Source: Podarcis erhardii (lineage: Eukaryota). From it: a stretch of DNA of 64,000 bases. The stretch lies in assembly GCA_964252035.1 (NCBI GenBank), contig OZ176205.1; one strand, 5' to 3'. Positions 1-11,164 of this stretch are shown in pieces. The translations under genes were made by a program, and so were the position numbers. How positions within the stretch are numbered: the stretch's first letter is position 1; each line of letters opens with the position of its first letter. The notes beneath the pieces were generated by a model. It was not told the DNA's origin. It made no database searches and worked only from the letters and a program-made list of their open reading frames with translations.

Positions 1-132
1 CTAGAGCACAGAGACAAAACGACTCCCATTTAGAAAGAACCTGGAAGCCCATTCTCATGATGATTGTCGGGAGGGAATAGAGGTCCTGCTGCCTACTTTG
101 ACTTGATCTATCCTTGCTATGTCTCTTTGCAG

Positions 133-306
133 AGTCCTGTGCTGCAGTATCTGTACTACCTGGCCCAAATCCCCATTGCCATGTCCCCACTCAGCAACAA
201 CAGCCTCTTCCTAGAATATGCCAAGAACCCACTTCTTGATTTCCACCAGAAGGGCTTAATGGTGTCTCTATCCACGGATGACCCTATGCAGTTCCACTAC
301 ACCAAG
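133..306 (+). CDS. AMPD1: AMP deaminase 1, third-to-last coding exon ([58 protein letters not shown])
   Basis: ttgcag acceptor ending 132, AAG|gtaggc donor at 307, 174 nt in phase 0-0. Contains the AMP deaminase signature SLSTDDP. Confidence 0.96.
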
Positions 307-445
307 GTAGGCAGCTGGATCCTTTCCTAGGACTGCTGTTTGCTCTCACAGGTGTGAGGGCTGCTAGTGTCCAGGGGGATACATTGCAGCTTCTGCGATA
401 ACCTTTGCAATGGCTACACTTTGTATTTCACTTTTTATTCCCCAG

Positions 446-556
446 GAGCCTCTCATGGAAGAATATGCCATTGCTGCCCAGGTCTTCAAGCTCAGCACCT
501 GTGACATGTGTGAGATTGCACGCTACAGTGTTCTGCAATCTGGTTTGTCTCATGAG
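446..556 (+). CDS. AMPD1: AMPD1 penultimate coding exon ([37 protein letters not shown])
   Basis: ttccccag acceptor ending 445, GAG|gtatgg donor at 557, 111 nt in frame with both flanking exons. Confidence 0.96.
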
Positions 557-1314
557 GTATGGTGTTCAATGGAAATCTCAAAGGAGTATAGAGTGCTCCT
601 TGATATGGGTGATTTAGCAGCACCAAATCACTGCTGTTCTGCTTTCAGCTCCAAGTGGAATAACAATTCTGGTTCTAGACTTCTAACAATCTGTAGGCAA
701 ATGATCAGTACCACTTTCCTCAGCTGCCATTTTGGGAAGGGAGGTTCATTTGGAAATTTTGGGGGGTGGGAATAGTGCTAAATACTGCCTACTCACTGCA
801 TCTATTATTATGGTTCCTCACTGCAATGGTCTCCCCACTGCAATCTAGGGGGTGGGGGAAAGGGGGGAAAAAGAAAGACCATGCTATTTGGAAAAGGAAG
901 CGTTGAAGTAATATAGCCAACTCCTAGAGATGGAAATGGCTAGTTCGAATTCTGTAAAATATCTAGGCCATCTACACCTGGGAAGGCTGTGGAGATTTTT
1001 CACTGAATTTTCTGACTCTGGGGAGAGGAAAAAAGTGAAGCAGTGGAACATGACAGATTGATGTTTTATCTTACAGATGACTTGTCAAAACTGAGTGAAC
1101 TAAGTGTGGCTATTCCACAGTATGTACCCTGTGGCTGTGTGGAAGTAGATCACCGCCTCAGGTCTTAGTGGCTGGGAATATAACAAGGGTTGAGCAAACA
1201 AAAGAGGGTACAAGAAAGCAATGGAAGCAACAGGGTTTTCTTTTTATGGAAAAGGTTATGGGAATAGGAGTCTGAGTGAGGGGGTGGCTCTCATTTACTG
1301 TATCATTTCCACAG

Positions 1315-1473
1315 GAAAAGCTCCATATTCTGGGAAAGAATTACCAAGAAGAGGGGCCTCAGGGCAATGACATCCGCAAGACCAACGTGGCTCAGATCCG
1401 CATGGCCTACCGCTATGAGACATGGTGCTATGAGCTCGATCTTATAGCCGAAGGGCTGAAAAGTACTGAATAG
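1315..1473 (+). CDS. AMPD1: AMPD1 last coding exon ([52 protein letters not shown])
   Basis: tttccacag acceptor ending 1314, TAG at 1471-1473. The C-terminus [16 protein letters not shown] matches AMPD1 rather than AMPD2/3, and DENND2C lies downstream as in human. Confidence 0.95.
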   Translation, partial: EKLHILGKNYQEEGPQGNDIRKTNVAQIRMAYRYETWCYELDLIAEGLKSTE

Positions 1474-3171
1474 AACCATATAGCAGGCTTGAGTAATGAA
1501 ATTAGCAGTGCCATTCAACGCCAGGCAACTGTAGAGGTTGGAGAGTGAGGGATTATTGGCTCCAACACTGTTGTTTCAGATTACATACAGTCTAAAAGAA
1601 ATTATGTGCAGTGTGTTTACTAAACTCTTTGCGCTCCTTCATTCTGCGAGCAAGGTGCAGTTTGCCCTGCATCCTGGGTATCTCTTGCCATGAATACCAC
1701 AAAGATATTTATGTGAAAGGAATCCAGGAGCCCCTGTTTCCTGGTGTGAACTGTTGTCTTTTATTTCAGTGGTTTCTTAAAAGAAAAGTAGGAACATAGG
1801 GTTAAAGTGATCCACACAGCCCCTTGACAAGGACGGAGGCAGGCAACACTGCAGGCACATTAAACAAGTCATTGTCTCACTGTCACAAGCCATTTAAAGG
1901 GCAAAAGGAGGTCATGTCCACAAAGAAAATGATTGGATTTTGTAGTGCAACAGGCACTGGTCTGTATGAGGGACCCCCAGAGGCTTGATAAGGGCCTTAA
2001 CTTTGATGCCTCTGATGAAGTAAAAATCCACTGGTGTTGACCCATGCAATAGCACAGACTGTCTCATACTCCAACTGGACTACAGAGCACCCCGTACTTT
2101 GTATAGTACAGCAGATAGGCTTACATGTTCCACCAACCTCTGTCTTCCTTCCTGGGGCAGAATGCTTATTAAATAATTTCAGGATGATCAGCTGATCCCT
2201 GCAGATCAGCTGGGTGGATGGGGGTTATCCATTCTCAGCAGATAGGTGATTGAGTAGAGATTTGCATCCCTGTTGTGTTACTGAGCTGGGAAGAGAGGTT
2301 TAAAGTTCTTAGCCTGGCCCAGCACCCTGATGAGGATGCAAATATTTTCCTCCCTGCTCATCAGATTAGTTATCTGGTGTGTGATTTGTAGCTCAGCTCT
2401 ACCATGAAGAGACACACTGCATTTTTTTCTACTCTTGTAGCAGAGGCTTAAGCAGGCCAGTTTCTGTTTCACTCTACCCCACCAGATTTTCCCTTTCCCC
2501 TCCCAACTGACACTTAATATTATGTGGCTTCTGGACAGAGGCAGCCCATCCACAAGGCAGGGTGAAGCATCTGCCTCAGGCAGTGGAAATGTAAGAGGTG
2601 GTGTTCTGCCTGCCACACTGCTTCCACTGCTGTGAGGGGGGCATTACAGTGTGCCATTGGGGAGAAGCTGAATGGCAAGGCTTGAGGAGTGTCCCAACTC
2701 CCGCCAGGTTTGGTGGCAGCCAGGGTATGGTGGTAGCAGACATCAGGGTGGGGACACAGTGGGAGGAAGAACAATTTCTGTTTCACCTCATGTGCCAAAA
2801 TGGGGTGGGCTGCCCCAGCCTCTGAGCAGCCTCTGTCCTCACCAAGCTATCTTGTTTTTTGTTTTTAAATGTTTTGCACTTTTCATTATCCTCATCTGTT
2901 TATTTATTTGTATGCCACTTCCCCATAAGATTGCGCTCAGAGTGCCTCACAACGTCAAATGTACAGTATAACAATTCAAGACATTAGAAACAATTATAAT
3001 AATCATATTGATAAGTACAGAAAAGCAATCCATACAACGTTGTGTAAAACAATACAAATAATCTATAACCTACGGTAATGCAACAGTTTAAACTAAACAG
3101 CGTTGCATAGAACAGGACAAATTCATTGAACTGAAACTAAACAGAAGAGAAAATGACAACAGTACAAAAAT

Positions 3172-3384
3172 AGCATGGCATAGTGGTTAGAGTGTCCGAC
3201 TAGGATCTGGGAGAGCAGGGTTCCAGGCATGAAGCTTGCTGGGTGACCTTGGGCCAGTCACTGCCTCTGAGCCTAACCTACCTCATAGGGTTGTTGTGAG
3301 GCTTGAATGAGGATGGGAAGAACCATGTACGCTACCTTGAGCTTCATAGAGGAAAAGGTGAGAGATAAATGCAAATAATAATAA
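3172..3384 (+). mobile_element. tRNA-derived SINE (MIR/L2-tail-like squamate family), degenerate
   Basis: A-box-like tggcatagtggttagagtg, core gtgaccttgggccagtcac...cctacctcatagggttgttgtgagg, (AAT)n tail. Homologous to the copy at 4088. Boundaries approximate. Confidence 0.7.
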
Positions 3385-3511
3385 CATATTTCTGTTTTGT
3401 ACTTCTGCACACCCGAGCATGGTGTTTCACAGGGCCTCCATTTTGGCTGCTGTCCTCTTGGTACTCAACCACCTGAGCTCAGTATTACTAGGGAACATAC
3501 AAAGTACTGTA

Positions 3512-3737
3512 CAGTGGTACCTCAGGTTACATACGCTTCAGGTTACAGACTCCGCTAACCCAGAAATAGTACCTCAGGTTAAGAACTTTGCTTCGGGATG
3601 AGAACAGAAATCGTGCTCCAGCGGCGCGGCAGCAGCAGGAGGCCCCATTAGCTGAAGTGGTGCTTCAGGTGAAGAACAGTTTCAGGTTAATAACAGACCT
3701 CTGGAACGAATTAAGTACTTAACCCGAGGTACCACTG
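3512..3737 (+). mobile_element. Non-autonomous Tc1/mariner-pogo-type MITE, family A copy 1 (226 bp)
   Basis: TA on both sides (3510-11, 3738-39). 18-bp TIR cagtggtacctc(a/g)ggtta with 1 mismatch. Near-identical copies at 6733 and 11165. Confidence 0.9.
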
Positions 3738-4087
3738 TATTACATTTTCCCAGGTACCAAGCAGTCTGTAACCTTGAGTGGAAATGTGTAACAAAGTGCT
3801 TTTTTGAACTGGTAAAACTAATTGTGAATGTGCAGAAAAGCCCATGGTATGTTTCAGCTGTGATCAGATTGTAAAATCATTTCTGACAGCTGCTCTCGTC
3901 TCTCTGAACTGTCATCACCACACAAAGTACCTGTTGCTTCAGATTCCTTTGTCTATATTCAGAGTTCTCATAATAGAAAGTTGCTCTCATAATATAAAAG
4001 TTGAAGGAAAATGGGAGGGAAACTTGAAACATCAGTTATATAATTTATAGTCATCTTAGGTTTCTGAATTGACATGGGAAATAGGTG

Positions 4088-4253
4088 AGGACCAGTGTGG
4101 TGGTATGATTCAAGTGTCTGTCTGGAATCTGGGAGACCAGGGTTCAAATCCCTGCTCAGCTACAAAGCTCCCTGAGTGACCTTGAGCCAGTCACTGTCTT
4201 TCAGCCTAGCCTACCTCATAGGGTTATAGTGAGGATAAAATGGGGAGGGGGAA
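4088..4253 (+). mobile_element. tRNA-derived SINE, same family as 3172
   Basis: B box ggttcaaatcc and shared core gtgaccttgagccagtcactgtctttcagcctagcctacctcatagggtt. Confidence 0.72.
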
Positions 4254-6443
4254 ATTCAGAAAACACAAACAGGATGTGAGGCCAAATGGCAGTGAAATCC
4301 TTGGAGTACACATAGAGTTAGCACAGATTCTGCCTCTTTCAATTCATGGCTATTTTGCTTTGCAGTTTCGAATTTTCTTTATACCTGGGTGTGCATACAT
4401 GTGTGTCTGCACACACATGTATTCATCATGCCACTGATCTAATCCATGAAAGATTTTGTTGCTGTTGCAGCTATCATCTACCTTACTGGCTGATATTTCA
4501 TAGTTACACATTGCCACCTGCTGACTGCTGCTGCAGTAACTCACACAGAAGACTTGGATTCACTTCTTTGCTCAGAAGGTTGGATGGTGCTGAGGGCTCA
4601 AAAGGGGCCAAAATTAACACCAATGTCTCAACAAATGAAACTGATCTGTAGAAAATGTAACTTGAAAAAAGAGACATTGCACATACTTTTGTAAACCAGG
4701 AAATCTTTAATAAAAATACATTTTTAAAAAGAGGGGCCAAAATTCAAGACTATTCCACATATTTTGGGTGATTAGTGCTAATGAGTGGCAAAACAGGAAG
4801 ACCTCAGAAGTTTGTAAGCTTGAAAAGATAAGTGTCCAACCTTCTGGCCAGCAGCGTTTAGCTTTTGTTTTTGAAGCATGGTCATAATAAGCCGCCCTGT
4901 ATAATTAAACAAAATCCTGTTTGGGCCTCCCAAACCAAAGCCCAATTCTACTACTAAGGAGATCAAAGGCAGAGGCTTCAAAATCGTCCCCTGGTGGCCC
5001 TACAAGTTCTTGAAGACAGCAGAGATCCACAACTAGGGACCCACCAAATGCAGCTCCCCAGATATGCAATATGACATACAGTACTAAGGACTTGATTCCC
5101 CCTTCATTTTTTTTACAAACAGTGCTGCTTTATGTTCTATTGGGAGTTGGAACCCTGGGACCCAGAGTGGCACCAAAACTAGGAGGTTGCAGTACTGGCA
5201 CTAATCAAGTTGACTGTAATTTGTTTTAATTGATTTTAGTGTTGTATTTTGAAATGGTGGTGACTCACCCTGGGTCCTTATGGTGAAGGGCAGGTGAGAA
5301 ATCAAACAAATCACCACCACCACAACCACTTCAAGTCTCAGTCATACATCCAATTCACACTTCACTGTTTGGATAGTGACAAATTAGCAGGCCGCCTCCC
5401 AGCTTAATGAAAAGAAACCAAAACTGCTGTAGAAATCACAATGCTGGCAGAACATCTGCACTTAGGCTGTAGAAGCAAGAAGTCTGAAACCACAGAATAT
5501 ATCATAGTTTATTTTGGGTTGGTCCCCCCCCCCCGTAGGTGAAAACCTAATTTGTCTGATAAAAGAGGAGTCTGACGACATAGGCTGTTGCCTAAGAAAA
5601 CTCATGCCACACAAACAAGCAACACCCCCAAATAGTTTCTAAAGTGTAACCCACTTTTCTTCCTCAAATTTAGTCAGGTCAGGAAGGGTAATAGACCTCT
5701 CCTGGTGCTGGAGTGGCCTCAACAGGCCAGCCTTTGTGAGTCATGCTTTTGCAAAACAATGTTTGAGACTAGCCCATGGCTCCAGAGAACCCTGCTAGCT
5801 AGTCATGTGTTTTGCATTACACAGTGACATCTCACACCATTGCTCTAAACCAATGGTTCCCAATTAGCTAATTACTGAGGACACCCTATTTTTCAAAAGC
5901 CAAGCAACAGTCTCCCTACTTTTGAAAATTTAGATAACTCTATGGTAAGTTACCTGTGCAAAGCAATTTTTTGAAGAAAATGTGAGGTAGCCCCTAATAA
6001 GCAAAGGATTTTAGTATACTCTAAAAAACAGACCATAAAATTTGTGATATCACCACAAATTGCCTATCCCCAGACAGCAGGAAAAATTTGTCTCCATTGC
6101 TCCACTACAACTGAATAAATGAAAAGCAATTGTGTCCCTAACGTGCAAGTGTTCTGTTTGCAGCAGGCTTTTTATATGAGAGTATAATAATAACAACTAT
6201 AATTTATTATTCATACCCCACCCATTTGGCTGGGTTTCCCCAGCCATGCTGGGGATTTCAATAGTATTCAAACATGCTATTCCTTACTTGTAATCTGAGA
6301 TGCAAAACTTAGTAGCATATGGTTCCGCTGAGGGATCTTGCACCTTCAAGACATAGGTGAAGGCTTGGTCAGGGCTTGATAAAGTATTGGTGAAGGCTGA
6401 GTAGAAAACAGCTGGAATTTTGTAATGTTGGTAATAGTAGAAG

Positions 6444-6470
6444 TAATAATAATAATAATAATAATAATAA
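6444..6470. repeat. (TAA)9 microsatellite, probably the tail of an antisense LINE/SINE fragment
   Basis: Direct reading; followed by tttatttattt. Confidence 0.9.
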
Positions 6471-6732
6471 TTTATTTATTTAGTCCTCCTGTGCCCAAGT
6501 TTCATCCCTGGCTTAAAGAGATTAATTGGTTTAATATGGTACTGTACATATTTGGAGTGAGGTTTTTATTCTTGCTGATTACCCAATAGGAACAACCAAC
6601 TTTTTAATTTATTAGGATTCTGCCGTACATCTGTTTCCTTCCACCCCCAAATGTAGCCACATAGCTTCCCACAAAAAAACAACAAAAACTGGTATTTAGC
6701 GGCTGATATATCATGGTGTTGAAAAGAAAGTA

Positions 6733-6973
6733 TGTGGTACCTCAGGTTACATATGTTTCAGGTTACATATGCTTCAGGTTACAGACTCCGCTAACCCAGA
6801 AATATTATCTCGGGTTAAGAACTTTGCTTCAGGATAAGAACAGAAATTACATGGTGGCGGAGCAGCGGCAGCAGGAGGTCCCATTAGCTAAAGTGGTGCT
6901 TCAGGTTAAGAACAGTTTCAGGTTAAGAACAGACCTCCAGAACGAATTAAGTTCTTAACCTGAGGTACCACTG
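6733..6973 (+). mobile_element. Tc1/mariner-type MITE family A copy 2
   Basis: Right TIR aacctgaggtaccactg followed by TA. Left end slightly mutated (ta-tgtggtacc). Carries one extra 15-bp caggttacatatg unit. Confidence 0.88.
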
Positions 6974-8389
6974 TATCGCCCAGCCCTAGCACTAAACTAC
7001 ATCATCAGAGGGTGAGCTGTTGTGCTAATCATAGTGGGAATTTGCTAAGCTAATTCCTGTGTTGGACTTCCAAGATGAGTCATGAATCCCAAATTCATAA
7101 GGCAAGATTCACTGAAAACCCCACCTACAAGCAGTGGGAGGGCCCTCAAAACTTGATAGCCGTTGAAAGCAATTGGAAGTTATTTTCAGTTAAAAAATAG
7201 AGAGCAAGGGGAAGGAACCCCTTACATTTTTTAAAATAAGCACGTGAGCCGTTTGCCCTCTTTCCCCCCATTCCCCTCCAGTCACAAGAGCTGAAAAACT
7301 GTGCCCTATATCAGTTCACTTGCCATCTAGCAACTCTTTCACCAAGTTTTCCCCCTGCCAGCAAGCAGGCACTGGATATCAGCAGAGGCTGGGTGATCTG
7401 TGGAAAGCTTTCATGGTGCAGTTAACAAGATAAGTGAGTCCCTGTTAGGGGATGGTGCCGCGGACCCCCTGGGTGTGTTCCTTGGACCCCTAATTGGGAA
7501 CCACTACTTTAAACAATAACTGTGTGTTAGTTATTACAACGGCTTGCTGCCATTTGCTTCTAATTGGTTTTCCCATTTGCTGACATGAGCCCTGGGTGAA
7601 ATGGGCCTCTCCGCCTTGCCTGAGCCCTCTATCCTGTCTGATGGATTCTCCCATGGGAACGAGAGGGAGCAAGGTATTTGCTAAGCCTAGCAGAGCCTAT
7701 CTATCTCACAGCTACACATCCCAGTGTGGGTCACGTGAGCCTAACTGGCTGGTGCCTGTCGGTGGGCATAGTGCCACTACAGCACCTGAGGATGAGTGTG
7801 CAGTGGGTGACTCTGCAGGGCGTTTTGCTCGTGGGTGTGTGGAACAAGATTTCAGGTGGTGGCAGTGGAAGCGTTGCTCAGATAATTTCAGCTTTGGCAA
7901 CAAACAAAAAATTTCTTCCTGGAAGTGCAGACATTGCTTGAGTGAATCCTGAGCAAGATGTTCTAGGGAGCCATCATAATTTTAATTGTTTTATATCCGG
8001 ATTATTTATTGTGCTTAACTTAACAGAGTACAAATTTAACCTATATAGATTTGCATGTTCTCGGTTGCTTTTTATGTCCATATTTCTGGTCTGTGAGTGT
8101 AATGAATCGATTCATTCATTCATTCATCATAATTATCTGTAGGGTTCATATATTTTTTCATGAGTTATCATGGCAGTGGTTGAAAAGCCTAGTAGTTGTT
8201 TTTTTAAAACAAGACTGGAATACAGCTTGAGGGTTTTAAAAAATGCTTTATCTGCCACCTCATGGATGAAAAAGGTTCATCATAACCTTGAGCCTTCGAG
8301 TGTTTTTCTGAAGACTCTTGTAGCACCAGCACTCCCATTCCATGATGCATAGAAACTGCGCTGTGCACGTGTTGAATGTGGACTGTGTG

Positions 8390-9370
8390 AAGCCGCCCCG
8401 TCAAGGAAGCTCGGACATCCCACTGCCAAGAAGCCTGTAAAGCTTCAGACGTTTCCTACCCGCGGCGGGGCTGCTCGCCTTTCTGCTGCCTGAAACTCAT
8501 CCTTATTCACCATCCCCGGGTGAGACGAGGGCGGGCGCGGCGCTGCAAAAAGGGGCACAGCGCGCCAGAATGATCCGAGCCTCCACCTCGGCAGATCTGC
8601 AGGGCCAGCGGCGCCCACGTGTACCGCGGGGTGGGAGAGAGAAGCAGAGTAAGCGGGAGTCCATATAAGGCGAGGCGGGGGCGGGGCTTGAGGTCGGAGC
8701 GACGCAGGCGCTAGCCAATGGAGGCTTGGCCAAATGTGCCCGCTCCGGAGAGCGCGTCTGGTGGCTGCTTGCAAAGTTGCGAGCGAGCCGAAGAGCCCGG
8801 AGTGCAGTTGGCCGGTGGGGAGCGCGGGTGCCTCCGCTGCCGCCATGGGAGCTGGTGAGTGAGAGACGTGGGGGGCTGTCTGCCTGGGGGCCCCTTGGAG
8901 GTATCGCCTGCCTGGGCTCGGAGCTGGTTGGCGAGGCGCCCTCCGGGTTATTGCCCCCTTGGAGAGCCGCTTTGGGCGCTGCTGCCGCCTGCCTCCCTAT
9001 CAGCCCTCTGGGACACCGAGGCCTCGGGAGGATGAGAGGACGGACCTGACCGGCCTCAGGAAAGATTGGGGCTGGCACCCCGCCCGGTCCCAAGGGATCT
9101 CCCCCGCCCCCCCCCCGTGGGGAGAGGCCGTGAGGACTAGACACTCCGGAAACAGAGAGGCGTTTTCTTCTGTGTGGGGGTCTGGTTTGTTTGGCAGGGC
9201 TTAAGCTGAACCCTTCCTCACAACCGGCATCTCTCGTGAGTGTTAAGGAGGCATGGGAAGGAAGAAATGGAGGGCGCCTGAGCGTGTGCAGAGCGCCTTC
9301 CCTGCAAGCCGGGGTTTCAGAGAGAGAAAGAGCGTGATAGCGATTTTCAGGGGTCGTAAACATGCCCAGA
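8390..9370. promoter_or_regulatory. CpG island / DENND2C promoter region
   Basis: Only strongly GC- and CpG-rich kilobase in the window. CArG box CCATATAAGG 8661-70, GC box GGGGCGGGGC 8678-87, CCAAT 8715-19, consensus donor at 8855. Confidence 0.85.
8720..8854 (+). other. DENND2C: DENND2C exon 1 (5' leader; start uncertain, 3' end defined by donor)
   Basis: CTG|gtgagt donor at 8855-60 inside the CpG island, upstream of all coding exons. Contains GCCGCCATGG at 8839-48. Confidence 0.7.
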
Positions 9371-9527
9371 TAAAATGCTGGTGGCTGCTTGGCAGATACT
9401 TGGGATGCCTTTGTAAGCTGGTTTGCCTTGCTGCTCTTAAATAATCTGTGTAATAGGGTGCGTAACTGGTGTTTTATACATAATAACAGTACTTGTTAAT
9501 GATAGTACCGAAAGGAAGTTCTGATTT

Positions 9528-9805
9528 GCACAGCACATAAACGATGGAATTTACTGTCACAAGATGTGGTGAAGGCTACCAGCCTGGATGCTTTCTGAGG
9601 GGATTCGACAAATAAATGGAAGATAAGAGTAGCAATGGCCACTTGTCATTATGGTTGTTTAATATCTCCAGGACTGGAAAGCCTGTGACTTTGAATATAA
9701 CTTGCTGGAGAATAATGGCCAGAAAAGGCTACTGCCGTCGTGTTGTGTGGGCTTCTTTTTGGGCACTGTGAGAAACAGGATGCTGGACTGATCCTTCTTC
9801 ATAAG
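9528..9805 (+). mobile_element. CR1 LINE 3' end fragment (ORF2 end plus 3' UTR), degenerate
   Basis: tggaatttactgtcacaagatgtggtgaaggctaccagcctggatgc (WNxLxQDVV-type CR1 terminus). Its gtgagaaacaggatgctggact motif is shared with 35778 and 52318. Confidence 0.65.
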
Positions 9806-11164
9806 TTATTATATTAGCTTAATTGTAATTGCTGAGTTTTGAAGTATTACCCGTTCAGGCAGCCAAATAGGGTGTTATAAAGGAAAATGTTTTGCTATGA
9901 GTCTTTTGACTATCTTAAATAATCAGGGCACACATATGCCTTGCTAATTTGGGAATTTGTATGTGCTTGTGGTGTTTGAGCCCTGACAGTTCACATGCGT
10001 ACCATGCTGGTCTTACACCCATGCACATCTCTCCCAAAGATAGTAGTGAGCTCTGCTGTCAGTGCAGGTTGGTGGTGGGAAAAGTTGACTGATTTCTCCA
10101 GGAATGCCTTCTGTCCTTCCAGTATAGTTGGGAACTTGGAATTTTGCTTGTGCATCTAGCCCCAAATTAATACAAAGTCACTGACCACCACAGTGTTGTT
10201 GTCAAAGGAATACTTTGCTAATTCTTCTTACTGGGGTTACCAAAATGGAAAATGTATCCCAAGTCTACCCTGATATTGAACCCCAGTACTATAGCATTTT
10301 AGGGTGCCATATATGCTATTATTCTTGTGGTTCAAGATTGCCATATGGTCTACTGAACAAATGTTTAAAGTGGGGATTTTCAGATTCTCCAGAATCCTTT
10401 CTGAAATACAAATGCTGGTGTCCTCTGAGGAAGATTTATCACTCTGGATTAAATGGAGGCATGTGACAGCTTTCTGAGTGAAGGTGAAGCCAACACTCTT
10501 TGCTCTAACATCTGTGCAAACTCAAAAGGTTTGGGTTGGAGGAGAGTCAAAGTGTCTAAACAGTGGATCCCCCCCCCCCTCGCCGCACTGTTTTGAAGCA
10601 GTTTCACAGCAAAACCAGGAAATGGAGTAATGGTGTCCTGTGACCTTTTATTATATTTAGGAGAGAATGACAATGGTTCTTTTCCTAATAGAGAAACAAA
10701 GGGAAAATGTTGGATCAGGAGTTTTGAATAATGCCGCAACAGCCTGGTTGAGGGGTCAAAAGGGACAGGACTTTTATTGAGTTGTCAGATTCTTCAGCCT
10801 GCTGAGGGGGTATCTGTGAACCTGGATACTAGGTTGCGGTTATGAATTTGAAGAGCAGACAAATGCAAGCAACTGCAACTCTTAATACTGTGGTGGTAGG
10901 AAAGATATATTGTTTTGCTGTGTGGAGCTTTCAAATAACAGAGGAAGTACCGAGGTTTTTCCTGGCTTTGGGAGCTTTTTACAGGAAAAGATGTGAAAGT
11001 TTTCTGTCCTTTCAAAAAATGCAGAAATATTTTTTCTTTCTTTTCATATGTACACTTGTCAGTTAAAAGAAATATGGGGGAGATGGAGGGAACTCCCTGT
11101 TTTGTTGGCACTGGATTGGCTTGGAAAGTCAGATTTTCTCTCTATATATATTTTTGACCCATTA

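Larger units (their letters stand above)
5851..7506. mobile_element. Non-autonomous hAT (Charlie-like) element, ~1.66 kb, with nested insertions
   Basis: Left end caatggttcccaatta; right end taattgggaaccacta (reverse complement tagtggttcccaatta). Flanking 8-mers ctctaaac (5843-50) and ctttaaac (7507-14) match 7/8. Confidence 0.7.

Noticed and set aside
64-1473. ORF-track entries 64-330, 410-775 and 1276-1473 as separate genes
   Set aside because: Each is one AMPD1 exon plus intronic run-on. Splice sites and phases join them into one CDS.
133-1473. Assignment to AMPD2 or AMPD3
   Set aside because: The C-terminus [16 protein letters not shown] and adjacency to DENND2C match AMPD1. AMPD2 and AMPD3 have different, longer tails.
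1990-2190. Possible Penelope-derived fragments (cctctgatgaag motif; similar near 5560 and 29160)
   Set aside because: Too short and degenerate to support without a repeat-library search.
7596-7952. Overlapping 60-118-aa ORFs upstream of the CpG island
   Set aside because: No recognisable motif, no convincing splice context, alternative start codons. Lengths are expected by chance.
8503-9363. 286-aa minus-strand ORF over the CpG island
   Set aside because: Pro/Arg/Gly/Ala-rich with no domain. Long stop-free frames are an expected artefact of high GC.
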